DNA of 64,000 nucleotides from a virus: IMG/VR virus record IMGVR_UViG_3300050034_000081. The stretch is one strand, 5' to 3'. The notes under the pieces were generated by a model, which ran no database searches, was not told where the DNA came from, and worked only from the letters and a program-made list of their open reading frames with translations. Position 1 is the first letter of the stretch. Each line of letters opens with the position of its first letter. The position numbers and the translations under genes were made by a program. Shown one piece after another: positions 52,509-62,706 of this stretch.

Positions 52509-55500
52509 GTGTCAGACGAAGAAGATAAGGTAACTTCTGAATTTAATAAATTTGTGGAAAGTGTAAAATCAAAAATTCCGATTGATCAACTTTACACAAA
52601 ATTAACTGGAGAAGAATTTGTAAGAGTGGAGTCAAGGCCGAGAGCTAAAATCTCTTGGCGCGAAGATAATAGTCCAAGTTTATGTTATGTTCCTGATAAA
52701 AATCTTCTCACCGATTTCACCGATAAAAACGAAGGATCTGAAAAGGCTGGAAAGTCTTATAATGTCCTTGATATATTACAGAAATGTGGTGGAGCTATTA
52801 ATTTTGCTCATGCCTTGCAAATGGCATGTGATCTTGCTCAAGTACAATGGCCAGAAAATATTAAGAAAAAAGGTATTGAGAAACTTGGACATACACCTTT
52901 TAATCTTGGTTCTAAAATTAAAGAAGTCTGGGAAGCCTGTGAAAATAATATGGATTTTTTAATTAATAATCCATCTAGGCGTCCTATTGGAATTGTAAAA
53001 TTTTTTGAAAATAGAAATATTCCATTTGAAGCAGATTTTATTAAACCTATGAAATTAGGTATTGTTCCAAAGTATGATGTAGTATTTAATATTCTTAAAG
53101 GTCAGGGAATTTTAAGAAAAGGAAATGATAATAAAGAACTTAATATATATAGAAAAGATCTAGAGGATAATGGTTTAGTATATCCTTTATATAATGTTGA
53201 CGGAGCATTATGTGGTTTACGTTTTCGTCAATTAGATGTAAAGGATTTTGCTGAATGGATTCCTGTAGGTCACGTTTGTTTTTATAATGGTCAGAGATTT
53301 AAATTTCGTCCACAAACTCGTAGAAACATACTAGTTGAAGGAGAAATGAATCTCGTAGCTTATGCTATAGCAGTATATAGACATTTAAAAAAATGTAACG
53401 ATCCTGATTTCGAAAAGAAATTTAATGACTCATTAAATATTATTTTTGCAATGGGATCTAAAGGTGGTTCTGCAACTATCTTTAAGGATCAGATCAATAA
53501 GGTTTTATATCTACCTGATTATGATATTTCTGAGGTAGATGAAGACGTAGCTCCTAAAAATCATCCGATCGTAAGAACCTGCGCTAGAGTAGCTAGGGAA
53601 ATGAATTCAGATGATTTATTAATTACGGATTGGGGTAAACTCTCATACGTAAAAGCTAAATTTGATTTGGAAGATTATCTTAAATATAATGATTATCAAT
53701 TGGAAACTATATCTTCGATTGAACAAATTAGTCTCTCAAGATATGCGATTGAAGCTATTAAAAAGTTTTGTGCTAGTATTAAAAATGAAGATAATAGACG
53801 AGAGGTTCAGGTTAAATATGTATTATTCATTTCTGAAATTCTACAATATTCACAAAGAGAAGTTTTTAAAGAATTAGTTAAGAGAGAGTTCGCAATCAGT
53901 GAAGATATTGAAAATAATATTACCTCTCATCAAAGAGAGGTTATGATTGAGAATTTCTCAATTGATGCTTTAGGGCATATTATAGAAACTAAAATTAATG
54001 ATGATGGATCAAAAGTAAATTACAAAGCTACTAATTTTTATATGAGAATTAATGATGAAATAACTTATTACAATTATAATGATAATACGTCTGAAAAGTA
54101 CTATACCGTAGAAATTGTTATTAATGGTAAAAGTGCAGGATCTGGTGAAATAATATCAGATGATATTGTTGATCTTAAGAAAATGAAAGCTTTTCTAGCT
54201 ACTAAGGCTAGTTTAACAGATTTGGTTTATTACAACAACGATCTTAGAAATGGTAAGTTTGATAAAATTACAAGTTTAATGAGTAGTATTCCTGTAGGTA
54301 ATAAATCTTATGTATTTCCATGTTTAGGTAGACCATTTCAAGATTTTTGTATGACTTATTTTAAAACTGAATTATTTTGTTTATTTCCTAAAGTATCTAT
54401 TATTAATGGAATAATTAAACAAAATGAAAATTTTGATGTTAATTTGTTCGGTAGAGATGCTGTGGTTAATAATCTTCCATTTGAATTAGAAGTTTTAAAT
54501 GAGGAAGATTACAAGAGAGCATTAGATATTTTTTGGTATGATTTACGTCATGTTCATGATTCTAATGTTATTGATAGTTTAATTAGTTTAGTTTTCGATT
54601 CCTGTACCAGAGAATTACAAGGTATTGGTATTGTTGAAAACGATCATGGATTTCCAATTTATCTTGCTGGCCAGAGTGGAGCATATAAAACTACCGCAGC
54701 TATTATGGCTATGTCTTTACTCGGTAAATTTAAAGCTGGCAATGATTTACTTGGATGGAATGGAACTTCATTATCTCTCGAACATCAATTAATGAAAATT
54801 GGAAATATGACTCATTGTATTGATGATTTAAAACTTGAAGAAATGGCAAGTGATGAATTTGATAAATTCATTCATAAACTTTATGGTGGAACTACTAGAA
54901 CTAGAATGGATTCTTCTGCTACGAAGATTAAGGGTGGAAATAAGTTAACTTGTTCTGCCATTATTACTTCAGAATCAGAAAATGAAAATGTTCCAGAATC
55001 CATTGCCGCTCGAATGCTTACTTTACGTATTCGTAGATGTACAAAAGAAATATCGGCAGAACGAGAAGTTCATTATCGTAAAATGATTAATTTTTATAAT
55101 GATAGCATTATTAATCTAGATCTGATGAGAGGTATTACTCCACGGTTAATTGCTTGGGCTCAGAAACGTGGAATTGTTCCTTATTCAACATCTTTAAGAA
55201 AATGGAAAAATGTATTTGTAGAAATTCTTAAAGATAATAAAAATAATGCTGAACGACCATCAGATATGGTTTCTAGATTAGTAAGTTCATTCGAACAAAT
55301 TTGTGAATTTATGAAAACCGAGGGAGTTGCTACTAGTATTGAAATTGATGAAACTTTTGAGAAATTCGTAAAATATTGGAAGACTCAGATTAAAAATCAA
55401 ATTGTGCGTATTGAAAAACAATCTTCAACTTATAAAGTTATTGACATGTTGTGTCAGATTATTAATAGCGAAACTATTGGAATTAGAGTTTATAATAATG

Positions 55501-55847
55501 AAAGATGGCAAGATCCTAAACGTAATTTTCCAAACTATCCAATTAAGGATATTACTTACCCACCAACTCAAAATGGTCCCGGTGGACGTAAACTTTTAAT
55601 TGTTTCTGCTAATTCAGTTATTAAATGTATGAATATGCAGATTGATAATAGTCTTCCTATTATTATTGGAAAATTTACAGAAGATTTAAAAGAAAGTGGA
55701 ATTATTGAAACTACCTCAGATGGTAAACTTAAACATTATCCAATTCCAAACGATAAAAATAAAATTGATTGGAATAAACCAATTACCGCTATAGCTATAG
55801 ACTATGAGAAACTAATGGATACATATGATAGGATAAAAAATGATTAA
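52509..55847 (+). CDS. Primase-helicase (Toprim plus DUF927-like AAA+)
   Basis: ILVEGEMN, YLPDYD, FDLEDYL (Toprim); LAGQSGAYKTT and CIDDLK (P-loop helicase). Confidence 0.8.
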   Translation: MSDEEDKVTSEFNKFVESVKSKIPIDQLYTKLTGEEFVRVESRPRAKISWREDNSPSLCYVPDKNLLTDFTDKNEGSEKAGKSYNVLDILQKCGGAINFAHALQMACDLAQVQWPENIKKKGIEKLGHTPFNLGSKIKEVWEACENNMDFLINNPSRRPIGIVKFFENRNIPFEADFIKPMKLGIVPKYDVVFNILKGQGILRKGNDNKELNIYRKDLEDNGLVYPLYNVDGALCGLRFRQLDVKDFAEWIPVGHVCFYNGQRFKFRPQTRRNILVEGEMNLVAYAIAVYRHLKKCNDPDFEKKFNDSLNIIFAMGSKGGSATIFKDQINKVLYLPDYDISEVDEDVAPKNHPIVRTCARVAREMNSDDLLITDWGKLSYVKAKFDLEDYLKYNDYQLETISSIEQISLSRYAIEAIKKFCASIKNEDNRREVQVKYVLFISEILQYSQREVFKELVKREFAISEDIENNITSHQREVMIENFSIDALGHIIETKINDDGSKVNYKATNFYMRINDEITYYNYNDNTSEKYYTVEIVINGKSAGSGEIISDDIVDLKKMKAFLATKASLTDLVYYNNDLRNGKFDKITSLMSSIPVGNKSYVFPCLGRPFQDFCMTYFKTELFCLFPKVSIINGIIKQNENFDVNLFGRDAVVNNLPFELEVLNEEDYKRALDIFWYDLRHVHDSNVIDSLISLVFDSCTRELQGIGIVENDHGFPIYLAGQSGAYKTTAAIMAMSLLGKFKAGNDLLGWNGTSLSLEHQLMKIGNMTHCIDDLKLEEMASDEFDKFIHKLYGGTTRTRMDSSATKIKGGNKLTCSAIITSESENENVPESIAARMLTLRIRRCTKEISAEREVHYRKMINFYNDSIINLDLMRGITPRLIAWAQKRGIVPYSTSLRKWKNVFVEILKDNKNNAERPSDMVSRLVSSFEQICEFMKTEGVATSIEIDETFEKFVKYWKTQIKNQIVRIEKQSSTYKVIDMLCQIINSETIGIRVYNNERWQDPKRNFPNYPIKDITYPPTQNGPGGRKLLIVSANSVIKCMNMQIDNSLPIIIGKFTEDLKESGIIETTSDGKLKHYPIPNDKNKIDWNKPITAIAIDYEKLMDTYDRIKND

Positions 55848-57507
55848 GTCAGTCATTATTAATAACTTCGGACCAATTGAAAATATTCAGTTTGATTGTA
55901 AGAAATTTAACATGTTTCAGGGTAAATCTCATCAGGGCAAGAGCAGTATTCTACAGGCCATTCAGTGGGCTGTGATTGGTGGAAATGATGAGTTTCTTGT
56001 GAGAAATGGAACCGCTACCTGTGAGGTTATTTTGGTATCAAATAACCAGTCACGAATCGAGCGCCGTTTAACTCGTGGTGGATCCAGTAAGCTTTATTTG
56101 TATGGACCCGATGAGAAGCCGCTTAATAAACCTCAAGATGTTTTAAATAAAACTTATAATCCATTTCTATTTAGCCCAACAGATATAATTAATATGAAAC
56201 CTAAAGATTTAAACGAATTTATCTCTTCTACTATTAGTAAACGAGTGAAGTTAACTAGCGAAGAAATTAAATTATATGGATTGGAAAAAGTGGATTTAGC
56301 GGAAGATCCAGTTAATGCAATCCAAAAACATTACGATGGATTATATAAAGAACGTACTGGTGTTAATGCTATTGTAAAAGATTTTGATGCTAAAACTGCT
56401 GGGGCTCAAATTATTAAACAAGTAACCGAAGAAGAATTAAAGTTTATGGAAGATCTCGTTAATAATACCGAGGCAGATTTACGAAAAGCTAAAGATACAA
56501 ACATTCGAATTGATATTGGTAAGAAAAATATTGATATTAAAACTAAGACTGAAGAAAACGTAAAAATTATTAAGAAAGAATTAGAAGATGGTAAGAGTGT
56601 ATTAGAAAATCTTGATAATTCTATTAAAGAATTAGAAGAGATTAATAAACAAGTTTCTACGTTAGAGGCAGAACTGGCTAAGGATAGGAGTGAAGTTTCT
56701 AATATCAAGGCAACTTTAAGTAAACTCAGTAGTGGCGAAATTAATTGTCCCATCAGTGGATTGATTAAATGCACTACAGATATGAAGCCTTATAAACAAA
56801 AGCTTGAAAAGTCCGAAAAGACTTTAACTGATAATGGTAAAATTAAATTTACTAATGTTACTGAATTAAAAACTAAATCTGAAAAGCTTAAGCAAGATAT
56901 TGAAACTGCCAAAGACTTAAAGCGAAAACAACTTGAACTTGATAGAGCTGAAAGTATTTTGAAGGAACTTGAGATTTTCGAAGCAGATCCAATTGATATT
57001 ACTGAAACTGAAGCCAAGTTAGTTCAGATGAAAGATGAATTATATAAGGCTAGGTTAGCTAAAGATATTGGAACTATCACAGGAGTTGATGAAGCTAGAA
57101 AGCGTCAAGAGGAATTAAATCTTTCTCTTGAGAAACTGAATAAGTTATTGAAAGAGGTAATCCCTGGAAGGTTGACAATAGGATTAAAGGGAATATCATT
57201 ATCTAAGGATGGCCTATTCTTTCAGGGTTTGCCGATTCGTAGATTAGCAGACAGTATGAAGCTCCGAATCTGCACCGCTATTCTTAAAGATATGTTTACA
57301 AATTGCAATCTATTCACATTAGATCGCATGGAGATTATTGATAAGAATGAATTGGAGAAGTATATTACTTACTATGCAGCAGAAAATAATAGTATACAGT
57401 ACTTTGGTTCCTATGTTGGCGATATTGGACAATTAAAAATTCCAAACTTAAATATATTTACAATGAATAAATTTAAAGTGGAGAGTTGCAATGGAGAAGA
57501 CAGGTAG
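55840..57507 (+). CDS. SMC/Rad50-like coiled-coil ATPase
   Basis: INNFGPIE, GKSHQGKSS Walker A, long coiled coil, central CPISGLIKC, C-terminal FTLDRME. Confidence 0.8.
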   Translation: MIKSVIINNFGPIENIQFDCKKFNMFQGKSHQGKSSILQAIQWAVIGGNDEFLVRNGTATCEVILVSNNQSRIERRLTRGGSSKLYLYGPDEKPLNKPQDVLNKTYNPFLFSPTDIINMKPKDLNEFISSTISKRVKLTSEEIKLYGLEKVDLAEDPVNAIQKHYDGLYKERTGVNAIVKDFDAKTAGAQIIKQVTEEELKFMEDLVNNTEADLRKAKDTNIRIDIGKKNIDIKTKTEENVKIIKKELEDGKSVLENLDNSIKELEEINKQVSTLEAELAKDRSEVSNIKATLSKLSSGEINCPISGLIKCTTDMKPYKQKLEKSEKTLTDNGKIKFTNVTELKTKSEKLKQDIETAKDLKRKQLELDRAESILKELEIFEADPIDITETEAKLVQMKDELYKARLAKDIGTITGVDEARKRQEELNLSLEKLNKLLKEVIPGRLTIGLKGISLSKDGLFFQGLPIRRLADSMKLRICTAILKDMFTNCNLFTLDRMEIIDKNELEKYITYYAAENNSIQYFGSYVGDIGQLKIPNLNIFTMNKFKVESCNGEDR

Positions 57508-57658
57508 TTTTGAATACGTAGTATTCAAAAAAGAAGGAAAAGTTTGGATGCGCTCTCCCGGCGGATCCGTAATTATTTATGATAACCGTTTTAGTGACTG
57601 CCCTTTACTTTCTGAAGGGCAGTCATTTATTAAGGTTAAGGAGGATATTAGTGAGTGA
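57491..57658 (+). CDS. Hypothetical 55-aa protein (not in ORF track)
   Basis: MEKTGSFEYVVFKKEGKVWMRSPGGSVIIYDNRFSDCPLLSEGQSFIKVKEDISE; overlaps both neighbours. Confidence 0.45.
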   Translation: MEKTGSFEYVVFKKEGKVWMRSPGGSVIIYDNRFSDCPLLSEGQSFIKVKEDISE

Positions 57659-58370
57659 ATTAGATCCAACTATTATTCAGGAAATTGTAAAAGCTATTAA
57701 ACATCCATGGACTACTTTTCATAGGACAATTAACACTTTGGGTAGTGTTATTGTTATTGTCTGTGGTGTTTTTATTGGATATGAATCACAAATAAATAAT
57801 AAGACAGCAGAACGAAATACTAATCAATTAGAACTTTTAAATAGATATTATGTAATTCAAAATCAACAAACTATTTTATTGAAAATCATTGATCAAAATC
57901 TTCGAGATGATAAATCTAGTAGTCTAGGAAGCGCACCTCTTGAAGAGAAAGTTGCTACTGCTAAGATTATGTATGATTTGAGTATAACTAAACGAGTTCC
58001 ATTAAGTTTACTTTGTGGAATTGCACAGACAGAAAGTTATTGGAATACTCATGCGGTAAGTCTTATGGGTTGTGTTGGTCTTATTCAACCTAACCCTTTA
58101 TATGCTAGACCATATTTACGTGAAAATAGGATTGATTATAAAAAAGATATTTACTTTGATCCAGTTATAAATTGTACTGTAGGTATTGGAATGTTAAATG
58201 ATTTCCAAAATGAAAAAATTGAAAAAGGTTTAGCAACTCCAGATAATTGGAATTTTGCAACACATGATTATCTTTGGGGACCAGCTACTAGAGGAAATAT
58301 TTATGATATGAATTATAGTCTTAAAGTAATTACAGCTATGAAAGAATTCCAAAAGATGGGATTGATTTAA
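57651..58370 (+). CDS. Membrane-anchored lytic transglycosylase (SLT domain)
   Basis: GIAQTESYWN.HAVS.MGCVGLIQ SLT motif with catalytic Glu; N-terminal TM; GTG start after AAGGAGG. Confidence 0.8.
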   Translation: MSELDPTIIQEIVKAIKHPWTTFHRTINTLGSVIVIVCGVFIGYESQINNKTAERNTNQLELLNRYYVIQNQQTILLKIIDQNLRDDKSSSLGSAPLEEKVATAKIMYDLSITKRVPLSLLCGIAQTESYWNTHAVSLMGCVGLIQPNPLYARPYLRENRIDYKKDIYFDPVINCTVGIGMLNDFQNEKIEKGLATPDNWNFATHDYLWGPATRGNIYDMNYSLKVITAMKEFQKMGLI

Positions 58371-58564
58371 TGGAAGATGAATGGCCATTTAATATTAATT
58401 TTGAAGAATTAAAATATGATTTACATATTTATAGAATACAAAGAGAAATTTTTGAATTAATTCGAAATACTAATTTAGATCTAGAATCTTGGAAAATCCT
58501 CTATAATTTAATCAAGGATCAAATAGAACTAAGAAAGACTAATGATAGCAGCTTTAAAGACTAA
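58370..58564 (+). CDS. Hypothetical protein
   Basis: Coupled ORF. Confidence 0.5.
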   Translation: MEDEWPFNINFEELKYDLHIYRIQREIFELIRNTNLDLESWKILYNLIKDQIELRKTNDSSFKD

Positions 58565-60149
58565 GTTATTCAATTATCAATTACAACTTCGAGAAATTGG
58601 AATTCCAAGTTATATTTTAGATAATTATGATGAACTTCAGTTAGAGAGAATGTTAGTATTAGTTAAAACTAATCCATGGTGTTTATATAATATTGAAAAT
58701 GGATTTAGTTTAAAGTTATGTGAACAACTTGCTGAAAAATTTCATATAGATGATGAATTAGAAAAAGGAAAAGTTTATCTACAAGCCGCTCTCGATAAAA
58801 TCGCCTCTCAGGGACATACTTATGGAAAAGAATGGCAAATAAATTCATTTATTAAAAGCTGCAACTTCACAGACTATGTAAAACAAAAAGCAATCAATTC
58901 ATTACAAAATGAGGGACTGCTTTTTGTAAGCGATAAAGGCAATTACTTTCTTTCGAAATATTATAATTCTGAGAGAAGTTTTGCAGAGTTGTTAAAGAAC
59001 TTGGCAAAACAAAATGGTTATTTTACAGGATTTAGGAAAGACTATTCATTTTTATATGAAGAATTAAATGATGACCAAAAGAACGTCGTTGATGCACTTG
59101 AGTATAATAAACTTGTAATTTTAACTGGCTTACCGGGAACTGGTAAAACTACAACGGTTAGAGCAATAGTCGAATCTTTCGGCTCTGACAATGTAGTTTT
59201 ACTAGCTCCTACTGGTAAGGCGGCCTCTCGAATGTCTGAACTATGTGGAATACCCGCATCTACTCTACATAGTTTTTTCTTTAATCCTAATGGTTATGTT
59301 AATATTATTGAAAATAAGATTGTTATTATTGATGAAACATCGATGCTTGATGCTGAGATTGCAGGATGGATTTCTAATGGAATAGGTGAAGGATGTTGTC
59401 TTTTGCTTGTCGGAGATCCAAATCAGTTGCCTTCAATTGGTCCAGGTGAGGTTCTTAAGTGTGTTCTTGACTCAAGGATCGGATTGAGTTACCATTTAGA
59501 TATAATCATGAGGCAATCACCTGGATCGATCATTAAGTCAGCACATAATATTCACGCTGGTAATAATCTCGTCTACGGAAGTGACCATCAGGTATTATCT
59601 TATTTTCCTAAAAGATGGGATCTAGAAAGAATAGCATCTAAAATTTGCCAACACCCAGAATGGCGTGATGCCCAGTATCTTTCTGTGCTTAAGGAAAAAG
59701 GTTCGACTATCATAAATAAGATAGCTCAGAACATTTTAAATCCTAGTAAGATTGATGGATTTCATACCGGAGATCATGTTATTCATGTAAAAAATAATAA
59801 AGATTTGGGTATATCTAATGGAGAATGTGGTGTAATTATTAATAGTAATTTAAGTATAATTAGAGTTGAATATAAAGATAAAATCATAGAATACCCACAT
59901 TCTCTATTATGGCAATTAGAATTATCTTACTGTATTACGGTCCACAAGTCACAAGGCTCCGAATATAATAAAGTAGTTCTATTTGTGAATGAGAGTAGTA
60001 TTTTAAATAGAAATTTGATTTATACAGCTATCACAAGAGCTAAAAATAAAATTCTTATTATAGCTCCATCAGAAAACGTTCTACAAGAAGCGATACAAAA
60101 TAAACAGAAATCCAGACAGACTTCTTTAAGGTGGTTATTAGAGAAATGA
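58542..60149 (+). CDS. RecD2-like SF1B helicase
   Basis: LTGLPGTGKTT, LAPTGKAA, IIDETSM, LVGDPNQLPSIGPG, YCITVHKSQGSEY, YTAITRAK. Confidence 0.92.
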   Translation: MIAALKTKLFNYQLQLREIGIPSYILDNYDELQLERMLVLVKTNPWCLYNIENGFSLKLCEQLAEKFHIDDELEKGKVYLQAALDKIASQGHTYGKEWQINSFIKSCNFTDYVKQKAINSLQNEGLLFVSDKGNYFLSKYYNSERSFAELLKNLAKQNGYFTGFRKDYSFLYEELNDDQKNVVDALEYNKLVILTGLPGTGKTTTVRAIVESFGSDNVVLLAPTGKAASRMSELCGIPASTLHSFFFNPNGYVNIIENKIVIIDETSMLDAEIAGWISNGIGEGCCLLLVGDPNQLPSIGPGEVLKCVLDSRIGLSYHLDIIMRQSPGSIIKSAHNIHAGNNLVYGSDHQVLSYFPKRWDLERIASKICQHPEWRDAQYLSVLKEKGSTIINKIAQNILNPSKIDGFHTGDHVIHVKNNKDLGISNGECGVIINSNLSIIRVEYKDKIIEYPHSLLWQLELSYCITVHKSQGSEYNKVVLFVNESSILNRNLIYTAITRAKNKILIIAPSENVLQEAIQNKQKSRQTSLRWLLEK

Positions 60150-61045
60150 GTAGAAAATTAACTTTATTAGATTGTCAAAATATAGCTGCTTCTAATGGTG
60201 GATTTTGTAGATCTACCGAATATAAGGATGCTAATAGTAAAATGTTATGGGAATGTAAATTAGGACATCAATGGGAGACAACTTTACATTCTTTAAGAAC
60301 TATGCATACATGGTGTGATAAATGCGCTCATACGAAACTTGGATTAAGCAAGAGAACTAATATTGAAATATGTCAAAATTATGCAATAGGTAAAAGAGGT
60401 AAGTTGTTATCTACAGAATATAAAGATAATAGAACTAAGATGTTATGGGAATGTGAATTTTTACATCAATGGTGGGCTGCTTGGCATGATATTAATGGAC
60501 AAAATCAATGGTGTCCGTTATGCCAACCTACAGCACCAGGTAGTTTAGGAGAATGTCAAGAATATGTAAAAATGGAGCATGAAGGATTTTGTTTATCTAC
60601 TGAATATATAAATTCTCAAACTAAAATGTTATGGCAATGTAAATTTAAACATCAATGGATGGCTACTTTTGGTAGTATTAAAAATAGTAAAACTTGGTGC
60701 CCTAAATGTTCAGCATTTAAAACAGAACGTTTATGTAGAGAAATATTAGAACAAAAATTAGGGTATGAATTTAAAAAAACTAAATTCCATTATTATGGAC
60801 AACAATTAGAATTTGATGGTTTAAACGATGAGCATAGTATAGCTTTTGAGTTTCACGGATATCAACATTATATTTATCCTAATACTTTTTATAAAACTAT
60901 AGAAGCCTTTAATGCTCAGTTAAAACGCGATGATCTTAAGGAACAATATTGTGCTGAAAGAGATATTAGATTGTTAATAATTCCTTATACTGAATATAAA
61001 AATCTAGAAAGTTATATAAATCAACTAATCATAGAAGGAGAATAG
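60146..61045 (+). CDS. Repeat-containing PD-(D/E)XK endonuclease (probable homing endonuclease)
   Basis: Repeats of C....GG.C.STEY....KMLW.C...HQW......WC..C; C-terminal LEFDG..D...AFEFHGYQHY. Confidence 0.75.
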   Translation: MSRKLTLLDCQNIAASNGGFCRSTEYKDANSKMLWECKLGHQWETTLHSLRTMHTWCDKCAHTKLGLSKRTNIEICQNYAIGKRGKLLSTEYKDNRTKMLWECEFLHQWWAAWHDINGQNQWCPLCQPTAPGSLGECQEYVKMEHEGFCLSTEYINSQTKMLWQCKFKHQWMATFGSIKNSKTWCPKCSAFKTERLCREILEQKLGYEFKKTKFHYYGQQLEFDGLNDEHSIAFEFHGYQHYIYPNTFYKTIEAFNAQLKRDDLKEQYCAERDIRLLIIPYTEYKNLESYINQLIIEGE

Positions 61046-61046
61046 A

Positions 61047-61946
61047 TTGACTCTTAACATATATCAACATACCATCCAAGCTCGTTTGGCTATAGGCGAG
61101 AGACATGCAGAGAAAAACTACCCAATCAAATTAGATCATTTTATCGCTACCCATCCATATGATCCCAAAACTAAAACTGCTCCAAAACACAAGAAGCTTG
61201 GAGAGTACTTTAAGGAAAAGTATAAAACTTCTGAACCTAAATTCGTCGATGTAGTTTTGATCGATCACCATCCTGATGAATGCCTGTATAGCGACTATAT
61301 GAACTTTCCAGGAACTACTTGCAACTGTAAGGGTAATGGCGAAACTGCGATAAGAACAGACTCTGAAGGTAATAAAAAAGAGATAGAATGTAACTATAAA
61401 ACTTGTGAGTTTCGGTTAACTAAAACAAATAAGGGAATTGTTAATGCTTGTCGCCCCACTGGGATTTTATCGTTTATCATCCCTGAAGCCCCTATGTCTG
61501 GAGGTGTGATTAAGTTCACCACTCATTCCATTATGACCATAGGCAAAATCAACGATGCATTGCAAAACATTTATGCAATTCGCAAAACTCTTTTTGGTCT
61601 AAAGGTAAGATTGCATGTTGTAATGGTTCAGGTAAGTGTAGGTGGTAAGAATACAAATGTTCCAACTGTAGAACTTGAGATTCCATTCAGTTATAATGAG
61701 ATCGCAGAAGGTGCTGGAACTACTATTGGAACTTTAATGGAAGCTCAGGCTAAGCATCTTGCAATGGGTGCGCTTCCTAATAAGGAGGTTATGAAAGAAC
61801 TTTCTACGGCTGCTGAAAAGGAAGCTTATGATGGTTCTAATGATGAAATTCCACCTACTACAAAGAGTGAAAAGCCAATCGATGTTGAAATTGTAGATGA
61901 ACCTAAAGATGCAATTACCGAAGATTCTGATGAATTTTCTTTTTAA
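61047..61946 (+). CDS. Recombination protein, mycobacteriophage Gp3/RDF-like family
   Basis: ARLAIGE...PIKLDHF...CKGNGETA...CRPTGILSF...FTTHS motifs recalled for this family; acidic tail ending EFSF. Confidence 0.55.
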   Translation: MTLNIYQHTIQARLAIGERHAEKNYPIKLDHFIATHPYDPKTKTAPKHKKLGEYFKEKYKTSEPKFVDVVLIDHHPDECLYSDYMNFPGTTCNCKGNGETAIRTDSEGNKKEIECNYKTCEFRLTKTNKGIVNACRPTGILSFIIPEAPMSGGVIKFTTHSIMTIGKINDALQNIYAIRKTLFGLKVRLHVVMVQVSVGGKNTNVPTVELEIPFSYNEIAEGAGTTIGTLMEAQAKHLAMGALPNKEVMKELSTAAEKEAYDGSNDEIPPTTKSEKPIDVEIVDEPKDAITEDSDEFSF

Positions 61947-61962
61947 AAGAGGATAAATTATT

Positions 61963-62706
61963 ATGGCTAAATTCATTGCTTTCAATAATTTAAAGATAAA
62001 ATGCAATAATATAGCCTTTAAAGAATGTAGTATTGTATTTCGAAAAATTACTCCATTAAAGGTACCTGAAAGAATACTTATTTCAAATTTAGTAAATCCA
62101 TCTTATAGTATACATAAAGGTAAAGTTATATGTTATTGTGATACTTTAATTTATGTAGAAGTTAAACCTAAAGTTAAAAAAGAAAAAGTAGTATTAGAAG
62201 AATATCAAGAAGATATAGAATTAGAAGATCCATTTCCTCAATATAATATAGTTGAAAAAATGGATCTTGAAGAAGATATAGAATTAATCTATAAAAAAGA
62301 AAAATTAGATTGGATTCATAGATTTAGTAAAAACCAGCATCTTATCGATGCTGTAAATGCGGATTATGATTGTGATGAAGAGTATTGCTTAGAAAGAATG
62401 TCTCAGGAATATCCCGGATTCTTTATGGTAGATGAGACTACCACTTGTTATAAATCTCATTATCCATCTAATGAGCTATTAGCTTTAGAAAAAAGATTAA
62501 CTGTACAGGTTAATAAATTAAGATCTAAATATGGCACCTATACGAGAATAGCTCGTTTAGAGTGCCATAACCATGTAGATTATAATTTTGAAGAAGCTAT
62601 CGTGATATTCTTTTATCTGAATAAATTTGATATCATTGGTCTGAAGTCTGTCGTGGAGCAATATTTAAATGGCAAACAACTCGAATCTGGCAGTAATCGG
62701 AGCTAG
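61963..62706 (+). CDS. Hypothetical protein
   Basis: GAGGA RBS. Confidence 0.55.
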   Translation: MAKFIAFNNLKIKCNNIAFKECSIVFRKITPLKVPERILISNLVNPSYSIHKGKVICYCDTLIYVEVKPKVKKEKVVLEEYQEDIELEDPFPQYNIVEKMDLEEDIELIYKKEKLDWIHRFSKNQHLIDAVNADYDCDEEYCLERMSQEYPGFFMVDETTTCYKSHYPSNELLALEKRLTVQVNKLRSKYGTYTRIARLECHNHVDYNFEEAIVIFFYLNKFDIIGLKSVVEQYLNGKQLESGSNRS

